From NCBI GenBank assembly GCA_002269645.1, contig NIVC01003123.1, forward strand, positions 13,024-77,023: 64,000 bases of DNA. Direction: 5' to 3'. The position numbers and the translations under genes were made by a program. Each line of letters starts with the position of its first letter. Within the stretch, counting starts at the first letter, position 1. The DNA comes from Macrostomum lignano (Eukaryota). The notes beneath the pieces are model-generated. The model saw only the letters and a program-made list of their open reading frames with translations, had not been told where the DNA came from and ran no database searches. Positions 47,701 through 57,648 of this stretch are shown one piece after another.

Positions 47701-50700
47701 TATATGGACCATCCGTACATCTATATGGGTCATCTGTACATCTATATGGGTCATCTGTAAATCTATATGGATGATCTGTACATGTATATGGATGATCTGT
47801 ACATCTATATGGGTCATCTGTACATCTATATGGGTTATCTGTACATCTATATGGGTCATCTGTACATCTATATGGGTCATCTGTACATCTATATGGGTCA
47901 TCTGTACATGTATAGGGATCATCTCTGTCAGAGTCTATTTTAGCACAAATAAAATAATAAAAATACTACGCTGCGTGCACTACTTATAGTATAGCTAGAT
48001 AGAAATCGACATAATTTAGTTTCCGATTCCAATCAGAAACGTCTGATTGAAGGGCTAATATCACGTGACTGAATAAAAAATCTGTCAACAAACCAGACGC
48101 ACTTGTAGCCATAGTTTCTGTTGAGGTCGACGCCTCTGCACACCCGGCTTTGAGATGGGTGGCCACCGTTCGTTTGGCGGTTTTTGCGCCAAAATCGGTA
48201 CTGAAAAGTGTCAGTTAAGAGATGAGGCTGTGAAGGGTTCGCGTCGCTATGTTGCCTGAATAGAAAGTCACTGGGTTCAGTGAATATCGGGAGAGAAAGT
48301 CACTGGGTTCAGTGAATATCGGGAGAGAAAGTCACTGGGTTCAGTGAATATCGGGAGAGAAAGTTACTGGGTTCAGTGAATATCGGGAGAGAAAGTTACT
48401 GGGTTCAGTGAATATCGGGAGAGAAAGTCACTGGGTTCAGTGAATATCGGGAGAGAAAGTTACTGGGTTCAGTGAATATCGGGAGAGAAAGTTACTGGGT
48501 TCAGTGAATATCGGGATAGAAAGTCACTGGGTTCAGTGAATATCGGGAGAGAAAGTCACTGGGTTCAGTGAATATCGGGAGAGAAAGTTACTGGGTTCAG
48601 TGAATATCGGGATAGAAAGTCACTGGGTTCAGTGAATATCGGGAGAGAAAGTTACTGGGTTCAGTGAATATCGGGATAGAAAGTCACTGGGTTCAGTGAA
48701 TATCGGGAGAGAAAGTCACTGGGTTCAGTGAATATCGGGAGAGAAAGTCACTGGGTTCAGTGAATATCGGGAGAGAAAGTCACTGGGTTCAGTGAATATC
48801 GGGAGAGAAAGTCACTGAGTTCAGTGAATATCGGGAGAGAAAGTTACTGGGTTCAGTGAATATCGGGAGAGAAAGTTACTGGGTTCAGTGAATATCGGGA
48901 GAGAAAGTTACTGGGTTCAGTGAATATCGGGAGAGAAAGTTACTGGGTTCAGTGAATATCGGGAGAGAAAGTTACTGGGTTCAGTGAATATCGGGAGAGA
49001 AAGTTACTGGGTTCAGTGAATATCGGGAGAGAAAGTCATTGGGTTCAGTGAATATCGGGAGAGAAAGTTACTGGGTTCAGTGAATATCGGGAGAGAAAGT
49101 TACTGGGTTCAGTGAATATCGGGAGAGAAAGTTACTGGGTTCAGTGAATATCGGGAGAGAAAGTTACTGGGTTCAGTGAATATCGGGAGAGAAAGTCACT
49201 GGGTTCAGTGAATATCGGGAGAGAAAGTCACTGAGTTCAGTGAATATCGGGAGAGAAAGTAATTGGGTTCAGTGAATATCGGGAGAGAAAGTAATTGGGT
49301 TCAGTGAATATCGGGAGAGAAAGGTTCAGTGAATATCGGGAGAGAAAGTCATTGGGTTCAGTGAGGGAATAACAAGAGATAAAGTCATTGGGTTCAGTGA
49401 GGGAATAACAAGAGAGAAAGTCCCAGTGCTCAGAGAGGACTCACATGAGAATGGGAGTACTCATAACCGTCCGGGTTGTACAGCGGCAGCATCAGAAAAT
49501 CGTAGTAGTCGAGCAGCGCGACAACCTCTGGGGTCCACATTCGGCGATTCAGGCCCTTGGAGATCAGCTGTGTTCGAGTTTTTCAATGCGGAGGTGATGA
49601 TGACTGCAACGCTTTTGTAACCCTGGTGTTCAGGTTAGTCTACTATGAATATAAATCAATATCAGCATGGCAGACGGGCACCTGGGCACCTGAACTGGTC
49701 CCACAATCAGCGCTGAGGCAATGACTGCTGAGCACATGCAAGAGCGCCTATACTGCTACGATCACACAGGGTGTACAGCGGCTCTGACTTCCTGATCGTC
49801 AGGCATGTACACTCTCTGTGCCTTGAAGGTTGGCCCTGGGCCAATTTCGTGCGCACAAGCCCCAAATGAATGTGGGGCCGCTCAGGGATTCGAACCAGGG
49901 GTCGTGGCGCGAGAGTCGGACGTGGTTACCTCTGAGCTGCTTTTTGCCAATCATAAAAACCCGCGCAGACCAAACAGCATCTCTCACCACATCGGCCATG
50001 TACAGCACGGTGGCCGGGCTGATCCACTCCCTGGCGTGGATGCCGCCGTCAATCCACACCTTGCGCTTCTGCTTGTCCGTCTGGCTTTTCTCGATCTGCT
50101 CGGAGGCGGCGAGGTGAGGAACCGAATTTCGTTTGGTTGGAATTGAGTTCGATCACCACCGAGCATCCGTAGCTTATCCTGAGCACAGTCGGCTCAGCCT
50201 CACCCGAGCCTGCTCCTCTCTCACCCATGATGACTCACCCTGAGCACGATCAGCTTTCGACCTTCATAAGCGCTGCCGATCTCCTGCTGTCGGCAGGTGT
50301 TGCTTCTCAGCAAGTTGCATTGCTGAGCCAGCGTATTCACAGCCTCCAGAAGCTGAATTTAGGAATGGTTTGGTAGTTAGGACTCTATCAGCCACCTCAA
50401 TCAGCAGTACTCAGCCACCTCAATCAGCAGTACTCAGCCACCTCAATCAGCAGTACTCAGCCACTTCAATCAGCAGTACTCAGCCACCTCAATCAGCAGT
50501 ACTCAGCCACTTCAATCAGCAGTACTCAGCCACCTCAATCAGCAGTACTCAGCCACCTCAATCAGCAGTACTCAGCCACCTCAATCAGCAGTACTCAGCC
50601 ACCTCAATCAGCAGTACTCAGCCACCTCAATCAGCAGTACTCAGCCACCTCAATCAGCAGTACTCAGCCACCTCAATCAGCAGTACTCAGCCACCTCAAT

Positions 50701-53009
50701 CAGCAGTACTCAGCCACCTCAATCAGCAGTACTCAGCCACCTCAATCAGCAGTACTCAGCCACCTCAATCAGCAGTACTCAGCCACCTCAATCAGCAGTA
50801 CTCAGCCACCTCAATCAGCAGTACTCAGCCACTTCAATCAGCCGTACTCAGCCACCTCAATCAGCAGTACTCAGCCACCTCAATCAGCAGTACTCAGCCA
50901 CTTCAATCAGCAGTACTCAGCCACCTCAATCAGCAGTGACTGCAGCCCCTCACCTGGTCATATCTCAGGTACTGATTGTGATTCAGAATCAGCTGATCGG
51001 ACCTCCGAACAGCCCTTCGCAGCCGCTTCATCAGCCGCGGAAACTGCCGATTCTCCCGATCGGCCTGAGCAGCCACCCGGCCGTAGTTCCGGTGCAGCAG
51101 CTCGAGCTGGATGTCCGGCCGTCCGGCCACGGCCTTTCTGAAGGCGGACACCAGACGGGGCGGCACCAGGATGTCTACCTTGACGTTGCGGTGGCTTGGG
51201 TAGTTGAAGAATGTCAAGCCGAGCTGCGGGAAAATGGGGTTTGTTTTTGTTAGGGTGCCTGTCTCAGTGCCTGTCTCAGTGTCTGTCTCAGTGTCTGTCT
51301 CAGTGTCTGTCTCAGTGTCTGTCTCAGTGTCTGTCTCAGTGCCTGTCTGAGTGTCTGTCTCAGTGCCTGTCTCAGTGTCTGTCTCAGTGCCTGTCTCAGT
51401 GTCTGTCTCAGTGCCTGTCTCAGTGTCTGTCTCAGTGCCTGTCTGAGTGTCTGTCTCAGTGCCTGTCTCAGTGTCTGTCTCAGTGCCTGTCTCAGTGTCT
51501 GTCTCAGTGCCTGTCTCAGTGTCTGTCTTAGTGCCTGTCTCAGTGCCTGTCTCAGTGTCTGTCTCAGTGCCTGTCTCAGTGTCTGTCTCAGTGCCTTTCT
51601 CAGTGTCTGTCTCAGTGTCTGTCTCAGTGTCTGTCTGAGTGTCTGTCTGAGTGTCTGTCTGAATGTCTGTTTGAGTTTTTGTCTCAGTGTCTATTTCAGT
51701 GTCTGTCTGAGTGTCTGTCTGAGTGTCTGTCTCAGTGTCTGTCTCAGTGTCTGTCTCGGTGTCTGTCTCAGTGTCTGTCTCAGTGCCTGTCTCAGTGTCT
51801 GTCTCAGTGCCTGTCTCAGTGTCTGTCTCAGTGTCTGTCTCGGTGTCTGTCTCAGTGTCTGTCTCAGTGTCTGTCTGAGTGTCTGTCTGAGTGTCTGTCT
51901 GAATGTCTGTTTGAGTTTTTGTCTCAGTGTCTATTTCAGTGTCTGTCTGAGTGTCTGTCTGAGTGTCTGTCTCAGTGTCTGTCTCAGTGTCTGTCTCGGT
52001 GTCTGTCTCAGTGTCTGTCTCAGTGTCTGTCCCAGTGTCTGTCTGAGTGTCTGTCTCAGTGTCTGTCTTAGTGTCTGTCTTAGTGTCTGTCTCATTGTAT
52101 GTCTCAGTGTCTGTCCCAGTGTCTGTCTCAGTGTCTGTCTCAGTGTCTGTCTCAGTGTCTGACACAGTGTCTGTCCCAGTGTCTGTCTGAGTGTCTGTCC
52201 CAGTTTCTGTTTCAGTGTCTGTCGGAGTGTCTGTCTCAGTGTCTGTCTCAGTGTCTGTCTCAGTGACTGTCTCAATGCCTGTCCCACTGTCTGTCTCAGT
52301 GTCTGTCTCAGTGTCTGTCTCAGTGTCTGTCTCAGTGTCTGTCTCAGTGTCTGTCTTAGTGTCTGTCCCAGTGTCTGTCTCAGTGTCTGTCTCGGTGTCT
52401 GTCTCAGTGTCTGTCTCAGTGTCTGTCTCAGTATCTGTTCCAGTGTCTGTTTCAGTGTCTGTCTCAGTGTCTGTCTCAGTGTCTGTCTCAGTGCCTGTCT
52501 CAGTGTCTGTCCCAGTGTCTGTCTCAGTGTCTGTCTCAGTGTCTGTCCCAGTGTCTGTCTCAGTGTCTGTCTCAGTGTCTGTCTCAGTATCTGTTCCAGT
52601 GTCTGTCTCAGTGTCTGTCTCAGTGTCTGTCTCAGTGTCTGTCTCAGTGCCTGTCTCAGTGTCTGTCCCAGTGTCTGTCTCAGTGTCTGTCTGAGTGTCT
52701 GTCCCAGTGTCCGTCTCAGTGTCTGTCTCAGTGTCTGTCTCACGCCAGGCTCCGGTTCGCTCGGGTAGGCATCATGCAGACTTCGCAGAACTGCCGCAGC
52801 CTCCTTGGTGAATGGGTCAGCCCTGTAGAGCCGGTAGCTGAAAATCCACAGGAGGTTAAATCTATGTCTAACGCAGAGTTCGTATCGTAAATCATATCAT
52901 TACACAGAGACTCGAAAGTGACTGACCCTTCAAACGAGAAGGTTTTGCCCCCCTGCACAGTTTGGCAGATCAGCAGCCCAGCCGCGATTAGAAGCAGACA
53001 AATCTTCAT
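44749..53009 (-). CDS. Secreted M14A zinc metallocarboxypeptidase, carboxypeptidase B-like, ~482 aa; exons 53009-52927, 52837-52744, 51223-50954, 50352-50239, 50095-49988, 49567-49445, 48200-48103, 46574-46346, 45807-45723, 44993-44749
   Basis: Signal peptide MKICLLLIAAGLLICQTVQG, then propeptide. Zinc motif GIHAREW; NPDGYEYS; WRKNR; GVDLNRN; YHSY; LYEASGGSDDW; TVEL. All introns are GT-AG and the exon lengths sum to 1449 nt in frame. Confidence 0.95.
45015..45680. repeat. 20-bp minisatellite (CTGCCTGGTTTATCTCCCGT) in carboxypeptidase intron 9
   Basis: Direct reading. Confidence 0.95.
45870..46330. repeat. 18-bp minisatellite (GATCTGTAGATTGATATA) in intron 8
   Basis: Direct reading. Confidence 0.97.
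46605..47915. repeat. 21-bp minisatellite (ATCTGTACATCTATATGGGTC) in intron 7
   Basis: Direct reading. Confidence 0.97.
48265..49420. repeat. 32-bp minisatellite (GGGAGAGAAAGTTACTGGGTTCAGTGAATATC) in intron 6
   Basis: Direct reading; head-to-tail with no spacers. Confidence 0.97.
49755..49935 (-). mobile_element. SINE family B-related copy in carboxypeptidase intron 5
   Basis: Central block CAGGCATGTACACTCTCTGTGCCTTG and a B-box (GGGATTCGAACC on the plus strand). Confidence 0.65.
50385..50937. repeat. 23-bp minisatellite (TCAGCCACCTCAATCAGCAGTAC) in intron 3
   Basis: Direct reading. Confidence 0.97.
51252..52740. repeat. 12-bp minisatellite (GTGTCTGTCTCA) filling intron 2
   Basis: Direct reading. 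Confidence 0.97.
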
Positions 53010-53319
53010 GGAGATAACAAGTTATAGCAAGGCTTAGCTGCGTAAGAGAGACTTACAGAGGATATAGAGCTCGAGAATGCAGGTCTATTCCTGATTACAC
53101 GGCCTTTTATTTGGATTTCGAGGTAGCTTCTTGTAGCTTCTGCATTGGCTCTCCACCGTCTGCACCAGGTTGGCGGCGGTGGGTAGTGCGCATCTCCCTG
53201 GCAATGGCGCAGCTTAACCAGTTGAAATTCTGCTGGGACTGCATCCTGCGTGTGGCGCTGATGATTCATCTGGTGAAAAGCTCCCTGGTGTTATTCTTGC
53301 ACCTGACATGACCTTTGCC

Positions 53320-55230
53320 TTCAGCTTCAGTCTGCATTTTAGTTCAGCTTCAGTCTGAGTTTTAGTTCAGCTTAAGTCTGAGTTTTAGTTCAGATTCAGT
53401 CTGAGTTTTAGTTCAGATTCAGTTTGAGTTTTAGTTCAGCTTCAGTCTGAGTTTTAGTTCAGTTTCAGTCTGAGTTTTAGTTCAGTTTCAGTCTGAGTTT
53501 TAGTTCAGCTTCAGTCTGAGTTTTAGTTCAGCTTCAGTCTGAGTTTTAGTTCAGCTTCAGTCTGAGTTTTAGTTCAGCTTCAGTCTGAGTTTTAGTTCAG
53601 CTTCAGTCTGAGTTTTAGTTCAGCTTCAGTCTGAGTTTTAGTTCAGCTTCAGTCTGAGTTTTAGTTCAGCTTCAGTCTCAATTTTAGTTCAGCTTCAGTC
53701 TGAGTTTTAGTTCAGCTTCAGTCTGAGTTTTAGTTCAGCTTCAGTCTGAGTTTTAGTTCAGCTACAGTCTGAGTTTTAGTTCAGCTTCAGTCTGAGTTTT
53801 AGTTCAGCTTCACTCTGAGTTTTAGTTCAGCTTCAGTCTGCATTTTAGTTCAGCTTCAGTCTGCATTTTAGTTCAGCTTCAGTCTGAGTTTTAGTTCAGC
53901 TACAGTCTGAGTTTTAGTTCAGTTTCAGTCTGAGTTTTAGTTCAGTTTCAGTCTGAGTTTTAGTTCAGCTACAGTCTGAGTTTTAGTTCAGCTTCAGTCT
54001 GAGTTTTAGTTCAGCTTCAGTCTGAGTTTTAGTTCAGCTTCAGTCTGAGTTTTAGTTCAGCTTCAGTCGGAGTTTTAGTTCAGTTTCAGTCTGAGTTTTA
54101 GTTCAGCTTCACTCTGAGTTTTAGCCTACAACAGCTCGCACTGCTATATTTCTTTAGATGTGACCCTCCATAGGCTATTTCGCCCTCAGTGCCAATGCAA
54201 GCAAGCAAAATTGATTGCACCTGTACAAATAAACGACTTTAAACCACTGTACCGGCCCCCTGATGAAGCGCACGGATGCGCGTGAAGAATGGAATCCCGA
54301 TATTCCTTCTCCGTGCACTCGATATCGCGTTGGAAGTTTCCAATTTCTATCCAATAAAAATGATGAAGCTGCCCAAGGCCGAAGCAATTGTCTTCTTATC
54401 TGTTGGCCCAAGCCCTTCAATCATGCCGATGCCGATTTCGAACAGCTATCTACCATCGTGAACCAAATATTTCCGAAGTTGCCTCTTTCTTCCCATCCAT
54501 CTTGTAGCGCTATAAGAACTTGCAGCAGATTCTGCAGATTCTGGATAGACTTCTGCTTGGGGCTGGAACCCCCGCACCTACTAAGGGAGGCCACAGGTAC
54601 CAGCGGGTATGAGCGATAGCTTCGAAAGACGTTCTTAGCTGATCACCTGACTTATTTCTGCAGTTGCAAGGAACAGATGGAGCTTAGCAGTGGCTGCATA
54701 AAAATGCAGTCTGAAGCTGAACTAAAATTTAAACCTGAAACTAAACTAAAATTTAAACCTGAAACTGAACTAAAATTTAAACCTGAAAATGATCTAAAAC
54801 TCAGAGTGAAGCTGAAGCTGAACGAAAACTCAGACTGAAGCTGAACTAAAACTCAGACTGAAGCTGAACGAAAACTCAGACTGAAGCTGAACTAAAACTC
54901 AGAGTGAAGCTGAAGCTGAACGAAAACTCAGACTGAAGCTGAACTAAAACTCAGACTGTAGCTGAACTAAAACTCAGAGTGAAGCTGAACTAAAACTCAG
55001 ACTGTAGCTGAACTAAAACTCAGACTGAAGCTGAACTAAAACTCAGACTGAAGCTGAACTAAAACTCAGACTGAAGCTGAACTAAAATGCAGACTGAAGC
55101 TGAACTAAAACTGAGAGTGAAGCTGAAGCTGAACGAAAACTCAGACTGTAGCTGAACTAAAACTCAGACTGAAGCTGAACTAAAATGCAGACTGAAGCTG
55201 AACTAAAACTCATACTGAAGCGGAACTAAA
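53320..55230. mobile_element. Foldback-like structure: 23-bp satellite arms in inverted orientation (53320-54125, 54700-55230) around a ~570-bp unique core
   Basis: The left unit CAGCTTCAGTCTGAGTTTTAGTT is the reverse complement of the right unit AACTAAAACTCAGACTGAAGCTG. Confidence 0.7.
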
Positions 55231-55779
55231 ATCATAACCTAAAGTTTAAATCTTAGTAGGATGTGTGGATAGAGGTGAACAATAAATTAAACTATAATGA
55301 GAGATTAAAAAATCTATACTGCTAAAGCATCGACAAGGACAAGGAGAAAGACGCTATAGACCAGTAGATGTTTTGTACATGTACCTTTAAGCTACTACGA
55401 GAATAAGTAGTATAGCAGTGTAAGAATTGGCTACTTCGTTCCTTTTTGCTCAATAATGTATGTGTAATAAAGAAATTAACACATTCCCCCAAAGTGTGCA
55501 TCAATAAGCCAGCACTTTTTACCATAGACAAAATACCTCTCCTCCCGATAAAATTTCTTGGTATAATAAATCATCGATGCTTTCATGCTTAATCTAACGG
55601 TTAATACAACACAGTGTGTAGTAGCTTTATTGTCTATGGTCAAAGCAGCTGCAAGTTCAAATGTCTGATTAATCAGCAATCTCAGACCAGAGTGGCAATT
55701 TGGTGTAGTTTTTATAACAAAAAACTTTTGGCACTGTTCCTGCAAATATATAGAAATCTGAATCAGATATTCTAGAAAA

Positions 55780-56604
55780 ATGAGCATTAAAATCGGCACT
55801 CTTCACACTGCCATCTACTTGTTCAACTTCACTGCTGGCCTGATCTTCACGATTGTCTTCGCCTTAGAGATTTTCACTAAGTTTGAGGGCATCTGCCCGC
55901 TCTACCTCAAGATTGACGCGAAGGACTCGGGCATCAACGAGGACAGCCTTCCGGTGTGCAACGTGTTCTTAGCCTTCCACGCCATCTTCCAGACGGTATG
56001 GCCTCTGTTGCTCGGATGGCTGTACGCAGTGGCAGCCGGTCTCTGTAGCGCCTGGTGCAACAATGCCTGCTGCTGTCCCGACACCCCGGAAACTGCTGCC
56101 CGGCACCACGAAGAGCCCGCCATTAGCGATGCTGAGGACAGCTTGAAGGCGACTCCCGAGCCGGCCGTGACCCGACCACGATCGGGCGTGTGTCAGCACT
56201 GCTGCCTCCGCGTTCTCCTGTTGGACTTTCGCACGTCCAGGATGCAAAGCTTTCGCAATGCGGAGAAGCGAGCATTCTGCCTGATTGCCGGTGTCCAGAT
56301 TGCCATCACGGCCTACTTTGCTTTGTTTCTAATCTCGCTATTTATGGGCTATGCGGCCAGGTGCAGCATAGCTAAAGCCAACGATCAGGTGCGGCTGTAC
56401 CATGGAGACAGATATGGAACTCTGCGCGGCTCCGATGCTGACATAATGAATTTATTACGGTACAAAACTCTGAGCAGACAAGAGTTGTGTTTTCAAAACT
56501 ATTACACCATTTTTGTTGGCGTATCTGTTTGTTGTTCCTTCATGTGCAACGTTTTAAATCTTTTTCTATATATTTGGCGTTGGCTGAAAGGCACATCACT
56601 GTGA
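55780..56604 (+). CDS. Intronless 274-aa four-TM membrane protein, possibly TMEM179-like
   Basis: Four hydrophobic helices. FEGICPLY follows TM1 and a Cys precedes TM2, as I recall for TMEM179 (FxGxCxL). Cys-rich cytoplasmic loop. Confidence 0.75.
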   Translation: MSIKIGTLHTAIYLFNFTAGLIFTIVFALEIFTKFEGICPLYLKIDAKDSGINEDSLPVCNVFLAFHAIFQTVWPLLLGWLYAVAAGLCSAWCNNACCCPDTPETAARHHEEPAISDAEDSLKATPEPAVTRPRSGVCQHCCLRVLLLDFRTSRMQSFRNAEKRAFCLIAGVQIAITAYFALFLISLFMGYAARCSIAKANDQVRLYHGDRYGTLRGSDADIMNLLRYKTLSRQELCFQNYYTIFVGVSVCCSFMCNVLNLFLYIWRWLKGTSL

Positions 56605-57648
56605 GTCAATTTGACATTATGGCTTTGCAACTTCGTGCAGCTACATTTAGCTGAACAGGCTACCCACAAGTATGCTACTTTCTGAATCCCTCTAAATTAA
56701 AACCATTGATAAAATAACAAGTAATTACTCCAGTAATGTAAGTAGTTCACTAATGCCGTGGCATGCCTATATTACAAAAAACCGTTACAGTTTCCGAATT
56801 TTCAAATATATTGTATTAGCCCTTCTGAGAGAACTTCATATTGTCTTTAAATTATTGTGATTAAACAAAGCAAGGATGAACCAGAAGTTAAAGATTTTGC
56901 TGAAGTCATATGTAAATGTGTGCATGTAATGTACACTCATTTTTTCTAAGTCTCACACGTATCACGGTACTAAGCTGTCATTACTCGATTGCAATTTAAT
57001 TATAGCCTCGTTAAATCGTACTTTGATACTTCCGAAGACAAGATCTATTATTGTTTTTTTAGCACGCACTGACACCTCTCAGAAGCACTGAGATTAGGTG
57101 CAGACTAAAAAGATTTGCAATATGCATTTTGAACAAACCGGCACGAACCGACGTGAAATTATTTAAACGTTAAACCAAACCAAACGCAAAAAGTTTTTAG
57201 AAGCTGTATTTATTGAAAGCTATAACTAAATAATAATAAAAAAATTAAAAACAAATTAAACCAGACTGTTTTTAAATCCGTAAAAAACTAATTTAATCTT
57301 CACCTTAATGTGAATTCAAATAGGCTTATTGCCAAGAAATGAAAATCGGCCCGCCCTTAAAAACTCAAGCTGTGGTTATTACTTCTTAAGTGTCATACGC
57401 AATTCACTGTGAAAGAACGGTCAAAAAGAAAAGTTAATTAGATATTTTTAGCGGATGAGAATGGTTTATATAACTTAGGAGATTCCTCTTTGTGACACTT
57501 GAAATAATATTTTCAGCCTTTTTACAACGATAAAATTATTTCCTGTTTCTAGTCGTGCACCGACAGCACCGTAGAATACTTTACTTTTAATAACTAATTT
57601 GAACACCAAAATTATTTAAACCTATAATATAAGAGGCACGGCACGAAA

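Noticed and set aside
48265-49420. 32-bp direct repeats superficially like a CRISPR array
   Set aside because: Units are head-to-tail with no unique spacers, there are no cas genes, and the array lies in a eukaryotic intron.
54255-54295. CTGATGAAGCGCACGGATGCGCGTGAAG as a second hammerhead
   Set aside because: The hairpin is not followed by GAAA, and no stem I or III partner is present.
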